DNA of 64,000 nt from Arcobacteraceae bacterium (GCA_965224485.1 CBDCZH010000016.1:224001-288000), one strand, 5' to 3'; positions 30,285 through 40,574 are shown, counted from the stretch's first letter. Numbers and translations are program-made. The notes: a model not told the origin generated them from the sequence alone.

Positions 30285-32488
30285 AATAATATCTCTTTAT
30301 TTTCTGCTTTTTTATTAGGTAGTTTAATAGTAAAAACTACTTTTTGCTTCTTATTTGCAACGCTTACAAATCCTGTCATCTTATCTTCAATAATAACCTT
30401 AGCCATGTATAAACCTATTCCTGTACCATCTTCTTTTGTGGTAAAATAAGGGTCAAATATAGAATCAATGATATCTTCTTTGATTGCGCCTGCATTATCG
30501 CTTATTTGTATTATATTATAATTTTTCTCTTGGGAAACATTAATACAAATCTCTCCTTTGAAACTTTCATCTTCTTTATTCTTTTCTATAATTTTATTTT
30601 TAGCATTATTTATTATATTTAATAAAACTTGCTTAAACTCATTTTCATAACCAAAAATCATTAAATCTTCTTTATTATGTTTATATTCTTGTATAAGTTC
30701 TATATTTGAATAAAATATTTGCTTACTTATTATTTCAAAAATTTCTTCAAAAGATTTAGATATTGAGAACATATCTTTTTTTGTTGAGGGTTTTAGAAAA
30801 TTTCTAAAATCACCTAGTGTTTTTGACATATATTGTATTTGAATCATTGAATCGTTTACAAACTCTTCTATCCCTACTTTTTCTAGTTCATCTAACATAT
30901 AAGACGTTTGAATATCTTGAACTTGAGCTGATAGTTCAACTAAAGGTTCATTCCATTGATGTGCAATAGCAGCAACCATATCACCCATTTCAGCTAATTT
31001 ACTTTGTTGTATTAAAAACTGTTTTTGCTGTACTCTTTCTGTAATATCATCCATAATACAAACAATTCCTCCAATACTTCCATCTATATTTTTATAAACT
31101 GCTTTATTTAAAATAAAAAACTTCATCTGTTTATTTGGAAAATGAATTGCTATTTCAGAAGTATTTGGTACTTGGGCTTTTAAAATCTCTGCATCTATAA
31201 GAGTATTTTTTTTAGCTATATCTTTTGGGTAAAAATCATAAGCTGTTTTTCCAATTACTTCTTTTTTTTCTAAATTAAATACTTGACAAAAGCCATTATT
31301 ACAACCTATTATTTTCCCTTCTTTATTTTTATAATAAATTGCATTAGGTAATGTTTCTAATAAAACTTTTACAAATTTTAACTGATTAGATAATTCTACT
31401 TCAACTTTTTTTCTTTTTCTTATATTTGCCCTCATTGTTAAAACAATAATACTTAAAATAAAAATAAGTAATAAAGATAAAATTACAAATTTTGTATGTT
31501 CTTTATATATTGAACTAGGTTCATTTATGATTTCATACTCACTTAAAAATGGTTCAACATTTATATTAAATTTATCTAACTCTTTATAATCAAAGATATA
31601 TTTATTTGGTGAGTCTTTTAAAATTGGAATATCTTTAATATTAACTCCACTTAAAACCTTGAGTGCCATTAGTGAAACAGCTTCACCTTGTGCTTTAGCA
31701 GATGTTAGTAAACCGCCCAATAAACCATAATCTAAGTAGAAATCCCAAAGTCCATATATAGGTACAGAACTTACATCTTTAATAGCTTTAAAACTCTGCT
31801 TATAAGTAAAAAATTTTCCTGTAGTATCTTTAAAAAGAAGAACAAAAAGTATTACAGAATCTTTAGGTAAATTTTTTACTTTTTCCTTTATTTTTTCTAT
31901 ATCCATATTATCAATATATTCAATATTAACTTTTCTTCTGTATTTTTTTATAATACTTTGTAAGTCTTTTTTTACAGCATAACCTGTTTTTGAAGTATCA
32001 TTTAAAATAAGTAAGTTTTTTAGTTTTGGATGTAGTTTTATAATTAATTCAAAGTTTTTTTCTAAATCAACTTGTTCAACTACTCCACTCATATAAGTAC
32101 GTGCATTTTTTTTATTTAATAAGATTTTATTGAAATTATTAATTCCTGTAAATAAAACTGGTATATTTTTAAACAAATATTCATGATATTTTAGTAAAAA
32201 TTCAAAAGCATTATTATCACTTGCAATAACTAAATCAAAATTTCTTTTTTTAAACTGTTCTTTGTATAAGTTTGCAAGTTTTTCTAAATATAAAGAGTCT
32301 GTAACTCTTTTAGTATCCATATATATAGTCGTTAATTCTATATTTTCTTTTGAGTTAAATCTCTCTTCAATAGCTTTTGAAATATCATCACTCCATTTAT
32401 AACCTTTATGATAAGAGTGAAGTAATAATACTTCTTTAGAAAAAGAAAAAGAAAACATTAAAAAAAGAAGAATAAATATTTTTTTCAT
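30281..32488 (-). CDS. Sensor histidine kinase with ABC-type substrate-binding periplasmic domain and PAS
   Basis: LLHSYHKGYKWSD N-terminus, TM, PAS, HQWNEPL, FDPYFTTK, GTGIGLY. Confidence 0.9.
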   Translation of the reverse strand: MKKIFILLFLMFSFSFSKEVLLLHSYHKGYKWSDDISKAIEERFNSKENIELTTIYMDTKRVTDSLYLEKLANLYKEQFKKRNFDLVIASDNNAFEFLLKYHEYLFKNIPVLFTGINNFNKILLNKKNARTYMSGVVEQVDLEKNFELIIKLHPKLKNLLILNDTSKTGYAVKKDLQSIIKKYRRKVNIEYIDNMDIEKIKEKVKNLPKDSVILFVLLFKDTTGKFFTYKQSFKAIKDVSSVPIYGLWDFYLDYGLLGGLLTSAKAQGEAVSLMALKVLSGVNIKDIPILKDSPNKYIFDYKELDKFNINVEPFLSEYEIINEPSSIYKEHTKFVILSLLLIFILSIIVLTMRANIRKRKKVEVELSNQLKFVKVLLETLPNAIYYKNKEGKIIGCNNGFCQVFNLEKKEVIGKTAYDFYPKDIAKKNTLIDAEILKAQVPNTSEIAIHFPNKQMKFFILNKAVYKNIDGSIGGIVCIMDDITERVQQKQFLIQQSKLAEMGDMVAAIAHQWNEPLVELSAQVQDIQTSYMLDELEKVGIEEFVNDSMIQIQYMSKTLGDFRNFLKPSTKKDMFSISKSFEEIFEIISKQIFYSNIELIQEYKHNKEDLMIFGYENEFKQVLLNIINNAKNKIIEKNKEDESFKGEICINVSQEKNYNIIQISDNAGAIKEDIIDSIFDPYFTTKEDGTGIGLYMAKVIIEDKMTGFVSVANKKQKVVFTIKLPNKKAENKEILL

Positions 32489-32506
32489 AAGCTAATTATA
32501 ACATCA

Positions 32507-33088
32507 TTATATGAAAATAACATAGCCAGATTTTGGTCCATGTGCTCCAATAACGAGTGACTGTTCTATGTCTGCTGTTTTAGAAGGTCCTGATATAAAA
32601 GTTCCATAAGAAGCATTTTTAAAATCTATTTTTTCATAGGCTTCATGCATATTATTTACTATATCTTCTTTTTTTAGAACAAGAACAATATTTTGACATA
32701 TAAAATATAAAGCTCTATGTCTATTTGTAGGATTCTTCACCCAAACTGCACCATTTTCAGCAACCCCAAATTCTCCTTTTACAATGGCTAAATCAATATC
32801 TTTTATATCATGAACATCATCTTTATCATTTGCATCAAAGTTTCCAAGTAAGCACTCTTTTACATTTGAATAAATCAATTTTTCATTTTTATATAAAGAT
32901 TTTATTGTTTTATCTAAGTCTTTACTGTCACAAGAAATTGCATCTCCTCCAACTGTTTTTATAACTTGGCTAAATTGTGTGAATAAATCTTCATATTGAA
33001 TTCCAAAATTTTCATATTGGGGAAGGTCTACATTTTTAACTATGTTATTTGTTTTAATTGCATGTAAAATATAATCTTTAGAGTTCAT
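32507..33088 (-). CDS. lutC: Lactate utilisation protein C (LUD domain)
   Basis: GVAENGAVW, ISGPSKTADIEQSLVIGAHGP; probable start MNSKD at 33088 overlapping lutB. Confidence 0.9.
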   Translation of the reverse strand: MNSKDYILHAIKTNNIVKNVDLPQYENFGIQYEDLFTQFSQVIKTVGGDAISCDSKDLDKTIKSLYKNEKLIYSNVKECLLGNFDANDKDDVHDIKDIDLAIVKGEFGVAENGAVWVKNPTNRHRALYFICQNIVLVLKKEDIVNNMHEAYEKIDFKNASYGTFISGPSKTADIEQSLVIGAHGPKSGYVIFI

Positions 33089-34448
33089 CTTTGATTCCTT
33101 CTTTGTATAATTCTTTAAATGATTTTTTTGGCATTTCGGGTAAGTCTCTATTTTTTCCCCAAACATTTAAAGAGGAATAAAGAATTGATTTAGGAAGTAA
33201 AGGAACTGTTTTTCTAGCTATTTTACCAAGAAGAGAAAACAGTTTTGGTTTTGTTAATAACCAAGCTGCACTTTTCATCATAAATGATTTTTTAAAAGAT
33301 ATTATTCCTTGTTTCCCTAAATCTTGCCTATGTGTATATAATTGTGAATCTAAGTCAATTTTTACAGGACAAACATTTGTACATGAACCGCAAAGTGTAC
33401 AGGCAAATGATAAGGATTTATTTGCTTTTGGGTCTTTGAAACTTCCTAGGGTTGAACCAATTGGTCCTGGAATTACATAAGAATAAGAGTGCCCTCCACT
33501 TCTTCTATATACAGGACAAGTATTCATACAAGCCCCACATCTAATGCAATTTAAGGCTTTTTGATAATCCTTACTTCCTAAGAACATAGTTCTTTTATTA
33601 TCAACTATAATAATATGCATTTCTCCACCTTGTATTGGAGCGTGAAAATGTGAAGTATAAGAAGTAATAGCTTGTCCTGTTGCACTACGTGCTAGTAAAC
33701 GTGTAAAAACACCTAAATCTTTTAATCTTGGAATTATTTTTTCAATTCCCATAGAAGCTATATGAAGTTTGGGAACAGAAGCTCCCATATCGGCATTTCC
33801 TTCATTTGTACAAACTACAATACCTCCTGTTTGGGCAATGGCAAAATTAACACCTGTTAAACCAGCTTGGGCATCTAAAAAATCACTTCTCAGACTTTTT
33901 CGTGCAGCTCTTGTTAAATAAGTTGGGTCATCATTTCCAACTTCTGTTCCTAGATGTTCAACAAAAGTTTCAGATACTTCTGCTCTTTTTAGATGAATTG
34001 CTGGAAGCACTATATGGGAAGGTGCTTCTTTTCTTAATTGAACTATTCTTTCCCCTAAGTCTGTATCAATTACTTCAATATTCCTTGCTTCTAAATAGGG
34101 ATTTAAATGACACTCTTCTGTTAACATAGATTTTGATTTTACAAGTTTTTTAACATTTTTCTCTTTTAATAACTTATAAACAATCTCATTATGCTCTTGC
34201 GCATCTTTAGCCCAGTGAACCTTAATACCTTTTTTAATTGCATTTTCTTCAAATTCTAAGAGATATTTATCCAAATTGTGCATAGTATGAGTTTTAATTA
34301 AATTTGCATATTCTCTTAACTTTTCCCATTCAGGAATATTTTTACTAGCTGTATCTCTTTTATCTCTAACAAACCATAAAGCTTTGTCATGCCAGTGCAT
34401 TCTTTCATCATTTGCTACATATTTTGCGGCTGCTTTTGCATGATTCAT
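33078..34448 (-). CDS. lutB: Lactate utilisation protein B (Fe-S)
   Basis: KSKSMLTEE, DTDLGERIVQL, PSHIVLPAIH, CIRCGACMNTCP, CTLCGSCTNVCP. Confidence 0.95.
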   Translation of the reverse strand: MNHAKAAAKYVANDERMHWHDKALWFVRDKRDTASKNIPEWEKLREYANLIKTHTMHNLDKYLLEFEENAIKKGIKVHWAKDAQEHNEIVYKLLKEKNVKKLVKSKSMLTEECHLNPYLEARNIEVIDTDLGERIVQLRKEAPSHIVLPAIHLKRAEVSETFVEHLGTEVGNDDPTYLTRAARKSLRSDFLDAQAGLTGVNFAIAQTGGIVVCTNEGNADMGASVPKLHIASMGIEKIIPRLKDLGVFTRLLARSATGQAITSYTSHFHAPIQGGEMHIIIVDNKRTMFLGSKDYQKALNCIRCGACMNTCPVYRRSGGHSYSYVIPGPIGSTLGSFKDPKANKSLSFACTLCGSCTNVCPVKIDLDSQLYTHRQDLGKQGIISFKKSFMMKSAAWLLTKPKLFSLLGKIARKTVPLLPKSILYSSLNVWGKNRDLPEMPKKSFKELYKEGIKDEL

Positions 34449-35191
34449 GATAACTCTCCTAAGGCTAGGATTTCAGTTATATGCATAATTTTAATATCTT
34501 GTTTGTTTCTATTTTTAAGTCCTTGCATATGCATTAAGCAGGACATATCAACACCTGTCATAACTTGGGCACCTGAATCAAGATGATCTTGTATTCTGTC
34601 TTTTCCCATAGCACTTGAAATAGCTTCTTCGCTTATACAAAAAGTACCACCAAAACCACAGCACTCATCATTTCTTTGCAAGTTTACTAAGATTAAGTCA
34701 TCAATACAGTTTAAAAGATTTTCTAGTTTTGAGAAATATGGAATATTTAACTCACTAGGCGCTGCTAGTTTTAGATGTCTATGCGCATGACAGGAGTTAT
34801 GCAAACCTACTTTATATGGAAAAGATAATTTAATCTTTTTGATTTTCATAATATCATGTAAAAATTCACAAATTTCATAAATAGAAGTTTTTACTTTATT
34901 ATAATTAGTATTATTTATGAAAAAAGCACCATAATGATCTTTTACCATTGTTACGCATGAACCAGTAGGGGCAACTATATAATCATACTTCTTAAATGAC
35001 TCAACAAAATTAAGTGCTAATTTTTTAGTATCACTTTCACATCCAGAGTTGGCCATAGGCTGTCCACAGCAAGTTTGTTCTAGAGGATAATCAACATCAA
35101 GATTTAATTGTTTAAGAATTTTTAGTGTACTTAGGCAAACATCAGGATAAAGCTCATTCATAAAACAGGGAATAAAAAGACCTATTTTCAT
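34445..35191 (-). CDS. lutA: Lactate utilisation protein A (CCG domains)
   Basis: QTCCGQP, ECCGFGGTF, SCLMH. Confidence 0.93.
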   Translation of the reverse strand: MKIGLFIPCFMNELYPDVCLSTLKILKQLNLDVDYPLEQTCCGQPMANSGCESDTKKLALNFVESFKKYDYIVAPTGSCVTMVKDHYGAFFINNTNYNKVKTSIYEICEFLHDIMKIKKIKLSFPYKVGLHNSCHAHRHLKLAAPSELNIPYFSKLENLLNCIDDLILVNLQRNDECCGFGGTFCISEEAISSAMGKDRIQDHLDSGAQVMTGVDMSCLMHMQGLKNRNKQDIKIMHITEILALGELS

Positions 35192-35244
35192 CTTGTTTCC
35201 TTAAAAATATATTTTAAAAATATTTTATCAGAAAGGTATAATAT

Positions 35245-35832
35245 TTATATGATATTTTGTTTTTTTAAAAAGATTGTAAAATCATTTTCTAAATAATTAT
35301 CTTTTGTTTGTATTTCTAAATTTAAATTTAAATTTTCACAAAAATATAGAATTTCTTCTTTTTTTATATAATTATAAGAGTCTTCTTTTAAAAAATTAAA
35401 AATAAAACCTTTTTTGCATTTTTCAATACATTTAGATAAAAAAATAAAAAATTCTTTTTTTGTAAGAATATTTAAAGCTCCTGAGCACACATAATAATCA
35501 GCTTCTTCTAATGTATCTTTTAAAATATTTTTCTTTTTAAACACAAGATTCTTAAATCTTTTCTGTGATATTTCAATCATACTTTGTTCACAATCAAGAC
35601 CTATGTACTCTTTTGGAGTTTTATTGATTTTTTTTAAATAAGAGTAATACTCAGCAAAACCGCAACCCACATCAACTATGCTTGAGTTTTTAATATCACT
35701 TTTTATAAAGGAACTGAGAATTTCAAAACGTTTATATTGTGTATATTTTGAGTTCCAGTGAACCCCTTGTGCACTAAGACCATGCTTTTTTAGTGAAGAT
35801 TTATAAAATTTATTATTATCTTCAAAAGCCAT
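35245..35832 (-). CDS. Class I SAM-dependent methyltransferase
   Basis: VDVGCG, YIGLD, DYYVCSGALN. Confidence 0.85.
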   Translation of the reverse strand: MAFEDNNKFYKSSLKKHGLSAQGVHWNSKYTQYKRFEILSSFIKSDIKNSSIVDVGCGFAEYYSYLKKINKTPKEYIGLDCEQSMIEISQKRFKNLVFKKKNILKDTLEEADYYVCSGALNILTKKEFFIFLSKCIEKCKKGFIFNFLKEDSYNYIKKEEILYFCENLNLNLEIQTKDNYLENDFTIFLKKQNII

Positions 35833-36267
35833 TTATTTTATCTTCTCAATAATTAAACCATTGTTTTTTATAAAAGATGAAACAATATCTGAATTAGTAT
35901 GCTCATATGCTTTGTCATAAACAATTTTTTTAATTCCAGCTGCAATTAAATTTTTAGAACACTCAGAACAAGGCTCTAGACTTACATAAATAGTAGCACC
36001 CTCAATAGATATTCCTTTTCTAGCTGCCCAAATTATTGCATTCATTTCTGCATGAATCTCATAGGTTTTTGACCATTCGTGATGTTCTTTAGTGTATTCA
36101 CCATTCCAGTGATCGCAGCAATTTTCATAACCAGCAGGTGTTCCGTTATAACCTGTTGATAATATTCTTCCATCTTTTACAATAACCGCACCAACATGTT
36201 TTGATACACATTTTGAAGCTTTTGCTATTTCATGAGCAATATTTATAAAGCTTTTATCACTTATCAT
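35833..36267 (-). CDS. dCMP deaminase family protein
   Basis: VGAVIVKD, GYNG, HAEMNA, PCSEC. Confidence 0.93.
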   Translation of the reverse strand: MISDKSFINIAHEIAKASKCVSKHVGAVIVKDGRILSTGYNGTPAGYENCCDHWNGEYTKEHHEWSKTYEIHAEMNAIIWAARKGISIEGATIYVSLEPCSECSKNLIAAGIKKIVYDKAYEHTNSDIVSSFIKNNGLIIEKIK

Positions 36268-36461
36268 TTAATGTCCCTTTTTTTAAAAAACTATTTCTTG
36301 AAAAATAGCTAAAAAGCTAATATTTTCTTGGATTTTACTCTAAAATGTATGAAAAATGTCTGATTTTGTTCAAAATTAGAGAAAAATAGATCTTTTGTTT
36401 TATTAGCTTATAATTAAGTTTCTTGTATTATAACAAAAAAATTGAATGATAAAGGCTAAGA

Positions 36462-36917
36462 ATGGATTTTAAAGAAATAAAAGAATTAATTAGAGTTTTT
36501 GATAAAAGTGAATTAAATAAACTTAAAGTAAAAGATGCTGAGTTTGAAATTGCTTTACAAAAAGGTTTTGAAGGTTCAACTGTAGTTACAACAACAGCGG
36601 CACCTTTAGCAATAGCTGCACCTATTGCAGCTCCTATTGCTGTTGTTTCTGGTCTTGAAACTACTAGTGAAATTATAGGTGATACAATAAATGCTCCTAT
36701 GATTGGAACATATTATGCTTCTCCATCACCTGAAGCATCTGCTTTTATAAAAGAGGGTGATACAGTAAAATCTGGACAAACTTTATGTATTTTAGAAGCT
36801 ATGAAAATTATGAATGAAGTTGAAGCAGAATTTGATTGTAAAATCGTAAAGCTTTTAGTTAAAGATGGCGATCCTGTTGAATATGACATGCCATTATTCA
36901 TTGTTGAAAAACTGTAA
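36462..36917 (+). CDS. accB: Acetyl-CoA carboxylase biotin carboxyl carrier protein
   Basis: EAMKIMNE biotinylation motif and Ala/Pro linker. Confidence 0.97.
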   Translation: MDFKEIKELIRVFDKSELNKLKVKDAEFEIALQKGFEGSTVVTTTAAPLAIAAPIAAPIAVVSGLETTSEIIGDTINAPMIGTYYASPSPEASAFIKEGDTVKSGQTLCILEAMKIMNEVEAEFDCKIVKLLVKDGDPVEYDMPLFIVEKL

Positions 36918-36928
36918 AAAGTTTTAAT

Positions 36929-38281
36929 ATGGCAGAAATTAAAAAAATCCTAATTGCTAATAGAGGCGAAATAGTTCAAAGAGCTGTTAGAACAATTAGA
37001 GAAATGGGTAAAAAATCAGTAGCTGTTTACAGCTCAGGTGATAAAGCAGCTTCATATTTAAAACATGCAGATGAAGCTGTATGTATTGGTGGTCCTAAAT
37101 CAGCAGATTCATATTTAAATATTCCAGCAATAATAGCAGCTGCTGAGATGACTGGTTGTGATGCAATTTTTCCAGGTTATGGTTTCTTAAGTGAAAACCA
37201 AGATTTTGTAGAAATTTGTAGATTACATAATATTAAATTTATAGGCCCTTCTGTAGAAGTTATGGAAAAAATGGCAGATAAATCTAAAGCAAAAGAAGAA
37301 ATGATAAGAGCTGGTGTTCCTGTTGTTCCAGGAAGCGATGGTGCTGTTCATACTGTTGAAGAAGGTAAAAAAGTTGCTCTAGAAATTGGTTATCCAATTA
37401 TGGCAAAAGCTTCTGCTGGTGGTGGTGGAAGAGGTCTTAGACTTATTAATGAAGAAAAAGATTTTGAGCAACTATTTATGGCAGCTTCTTCTGAGGCACT
37501 TGCAGCCTTTGGTGATGGAACTATGTATTTAGAGAGATTTATTAATAATCCTAGACATATTGAAGTTCAAGTAATTGGAGATTCACACGGAAATGCTATT
37601 CATATAGGTGAAAGAGATTGTAGTCTTCAAAGACGTCATCAAAAAGTAATTGAAGAATCACCTGCTATGTTTTTAGATGATGCAGCACGTGCTAAACTTC
37701 ATGCAGTTGCAGTAAAAGCAACTAAATATTTAAATTATGAAGGTGCTGGTACTTTTGAATTTTTAGCTGATGATAAACAAAATGTTTATTTTATGGAAAT
37801 GAATACACGACTTCAAGTTGAGCATCCTGTTTCTGAAATGGTTTCAGGACTTGATTTAATTGAATTAATGATTAAAGTTGCCCAAGGTGAAAAAGTTCCT
37901 CCACAAGAAAGCATAAAATTTAGAGGTCATGCAATTGAGTGTAGAATTACAGCAGAAGATCCAAATACATTTTTACCAAGTCCAGGTTTAATTACTCAAT
38001 GGATGGTTCCAGGTGGAAGAAATGTAAGAGTTGATTCTCATGTTTATACAAACTATGTTGTTCCTCAATATTATGATTCAATGATTGGGAAACTAATTGT
38101 TTGGGGAAGAGATAGAGAAAAAGCTATTAATATTATGAAAAGAGCTTTAAATGAGTTTGAAGTTGAAGGAATTAGAACAACTATTCCTTTTCATCAAAAA
38201 ATGATGGAAAACATAGACTTTAATACAAATAATTATGATACTAAATACTTAGAAGATTACAAAAGTTTGGATCAATTATAA
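36929..38281 (+). CDS. accC: Acetyl-CoA carboxylase biotin carboxylase
   Basis: ILIANRGEI, GGGGRG, ERDCSLQRRHQK, EMNTRLQVEH. Confidence 0.97.
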   Translation: MAEIKKILIANRGEIVQRAVRTIREMGKKSVAVYSSGDKAASYLKHADEAVCIGGPKSADSYLNIPAIIAAAEMTGCDAIFPGYGFLSENQDFVEICRLHNIKFIGPSVEVMEKMADKSKAKEEMIRAGVPVVPGSDGAVHTVEEGKKVALEIGYPIMAKASAGGGGRGLRLINEEKDFEQLFMAASSEALAAFGDGTMYLERFINNPRHIEVQVIGDSHGNAIHIGERDCSLQRRHQKVIEESPAMFLDDAARAKLHAVAVKATKYLNYEGAGTFEFLADDKQNVYFMEMNTRLQVEHPVSEMVSGLDLIELMIKVAQGEKVPPQESIKFRGHAIECRITAEDPNTFLPSPGLITQWMVPGGRNVRVDSHVYTNYVVPQYYDSMIGKLIVWGRDREKAINIMKRALNEFEVEGIRTTIPFHQKMMENIDFNTNNYDTKYLEDYKSLDQL

Positions 38282-38282
38282 G

Positions 38283-38305
38283 AAAGTAGGGCCTTACCCT
38301 ACTTT
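38283..38305 (+). terminator. Terminator after accC
   Basis: aaagtaggg/ccctacttt hairpin followed by T-rich tract. Confidence 0.7.
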
Positions 38306-38338
38306 TATCTTTAAAGCTTAATTTTATATTAAATTAGA

Positions 38339-38522
38339 TATAATCCGCAAAAATATACACATTTATATACTATTGTGCTTTGAATTTTTATACTTCAAAG
38401 ACCTGTTTATTATCATAAACACTCAGTTTTTATCTTAGTTCTTATCAAGAATTGAAGAGTTATATATACGTGTATTTTTAAATCTTTTTATACCAAAAGG
38501 TATAAATACACAAAGGCAAAAA
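38339..38522 (+). promoter_or_regulatory. -10 box and long structured 5' leader of the DEAD-box helicase gene
   Basis: TATAAT at 38339-38344; four hairpins and alternative long-range pairing (see findings). Confidence 0.55.
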
Positions 38523-40136
38523 ATGACTTTTCAAGAGTTCAATTTTAAAGACAAGTTACAACAATCAATAGACGAGGCTGGTTTTAAAGAACCAAGTCCT
38601 ATTCAAAGAGACGCAATTCCAGTTGTATTACAAGGTAAAGATATAGTAGGACAAGCTCATACAGGTACAGGTAAAACTGCTGCTTTTGGACTTCCAATTA
38701 TAAATATGATGAAATGTACTGGTAATGTTGAAACAGTAGTAATTGTTCCAACAAGAGAGCTTGCTATGCAAGTAAGTGATGAATTATTTAGATTTGGTAA
38801 AAATCTAGGTATTAGTACAGCTACTGTTTATGGTGGACAATCTTACTCAAGACAATTAAGAAATATTGATAATGCTGGTATTATTGTAGCAACTCCAGGT
38901 AGATTCATTGACTTATTAAAAAGTGGAAAAATTAAGATTAGTCCATCTTTTATTGTTTTAGATGAAGCAGATGAAATGTTAGATATGGGATTTTTAGATG
39001 ATATTAAAGAAATTTTCTCTTATTTACCTGATGAGAGACAAACACTTCTTTTCTCAGCAACAATGCCAACAGCTATTAAAAATCTTGCTAAAAATATTTT
39101 AAAAGAACCAGAATTTATTACAATTACAAAAAAAGAGATGACTAATTCAAATATTACTCAAAGTTTTTATGTTGTTGATGAATATGAAAGAGATGATGCA
39201 TTAATTAGATTATATGATTATAAAGATCCAAAAAAATCTATCATTTTCTGTAGAACGAAAAAAGAAGTAGATAGACTTTCTACTTATTTAGTATCTCAAG
39301 GTTACATGGCAAAAGGTTTACATGGAGATATGGAGCAAAGACAAAGAGAAGAAGTAATAAGAGCTTTTAAAAAAGATGCATTAGAAGTATTAATTGCAAC
39401 TGATGTAGCTGCGCGTGGTCTTGATGTTAATAACGTAACTCATGTATTTAATTATCACTTACCATTTGATAGCGAGTCTTATGTACATAGAATTGGAAGA
39501 ACAGGAAGAGCTGGAAAAGATGGAGTTGCTGTTTCGATTGTAACACCTCATGAGTTCAGAATGATTCAGAAAATTCAAAAAGTTACTGGTTCTAAATTAG
39601 AAGCAAAAGTAATTCCTAGTATTGATTCTGTTAAACTTAAAAAAGTTGTTGATTTAAAAGAAAAAATTAATGAGCAAAAAATTTATGATTCAGCTATGGA
39701 CTTAGTTGAGTCTTTAAAAGATGAATATGACTTATCAACTATTGCTCATAAATTAGCATCAATGTTGACTGAATCTACTTTTGTAAAAGGTAGTAATTAC
39801 ATTGGTAAAACTGAAAATGACATCAAAAGATTATTAGAGAGACCTTATAATGATAGAGATGATGGCGGTGGACGTGGTAGATATAGAGGTAGAGGAAATA
39901 GCGGAGGCGGTCGTGGAAATGGCGGCGGAGGTTACCGTGGTGGAAACAGAAGTGGAAGTGGAAGTGGAAGTGGAAGTCGTGATGGAAATAGAGGTGGAAG
40001 CAGAGATTCGAATAGAAGTGGAAGCAGAGATTCAAACAGAAGTGGAAGCAGAGATTCGAATAGAAGTGGAAGCAGAGATTCAAACAGAAGTGGAAGCAGA
40101 GATGGAAACAGAGGCCAAAGTAGATCAAGAGATTAA
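38523..40136 (+). CDS. DEAD-box RNA helicase (DeaD/CshA/RhpA-like) with RG/RS-rich tail
   Basis: GTGKT, PTRELA, DEADEM, SAT, ARGLD, HRIGRTGRAG. Confidence 0.97.
   Translation: MTFQEFNFKDKLQQSIDEAGFKEPSPIQRDAIPVVLQGKDIVGQAHTGTGKTAAFGLPIINMMKCTGNVETVVIVPTRELAMQVSDELFRFGKNLGISTATVYGGQSYSRQLRNIDNAGIIVATPGRFIDLLKSGKIKISPSFIVLDEADEMLDMGFLDDIKEIFSYLPDERQTLLFSATMPTAIKNLAKNILKEPEFITITKKEMTNSNITQSFYVVDEYERDDALIRLYDYKDPKKSIIFCRTKKEVDRLSTYLVSQGYMAKGLHGDMEQRQREEVIRAFKKDALEVLIATDVAARGLDVNNVTHVFNYHLPFDSESYVHRIGRTGRAGKDGVAVSIVTPHEFRMIQKIQKVTGSKLEAKVIPSIDSVKLKKVVDLKEKINEQKIYDSAMDLVESLKDEYDLSTIAHKLASMLTESTFVKGSNYIGKTENDIKRLLERPYNDRDDGGGRGRYRGRGNSGGGRGNGGGGYRGGNRSGSGSGSGSRDGNRGGSRDSNRSGSRDSNRSGSRDSNRSGSRDSNRSGSRDGNRGQSRSRD
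39951..40109 (+). repeat. Coding tandem repeats: (AGTGGA)x4 and five 24-bp units encoding R(S/G)GSRD(S/G)N
   Basis: Units start at 39990, 40014, 40038, 40062 and 40086, with alternating tcgaat/tcaaac ends. Confidence 0.9.
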
Positions 40137-40165
40137 TCTCTTGGCCTATTGGCTAATTTAAATAC

Positions 40166-40372
40166 TTAAGTATAATAATTTTTTAAAACTCTTTTTGCTG
40201 TATTGTATGCAGTTTTAGTACTTTTCCCAAAACCTCTAAAAACACCATCTTTATTGAAAAACTCAATACTTTTTAAATTTCCTTGTTTTGAATAAACAGC
40301 TCTAAATATATTAAACTTTTTTAACTTCTTTATTTTAGGATACTCTTTATTTGTTAATATTCTTACAGTCAT
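40166..40372 (-). CDS. Small basic hypothetical protein
   Basis: 68-aa ORF with AAAGG RBS, filling an intergenic gap. Confidence 0.65.
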   Translation of the reverse strand: MTVRILTNKEYPKIKKLKKFNIFRAVYSKQGNLKSIEFFNKDGVFRGFGKSTKTAYNTAKRVLKNYYT

Positions 40373-40574
40373 TATATAGCCTTTCTCTATATTTTATTAC
40401 TATTATATATAATAAAACTTTAATTTAGGTAAAATAAATAAATTACTATATTAGATATAATTTTTACAAATTTTGAAGTTCTTACTGATTAAAATATAGA
40501 GAAATCAAATAAAATAGTACTTTTATCTATATTATTTTAAGCTTTGCATAAGTTTTATGTAAATAAAAACCCAC

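Noticed and set aside
39823..40161. ORFs 39850-40161 (+, EVEAEI repeats) and 39823-40128 (-, LCFHF repeats); superficially CRISPR-like periodicity
   Set aside because: These are alternative-frame shadows of the helicase tandem repeat. The units are contiguous with no unique spacers and no cas genes.
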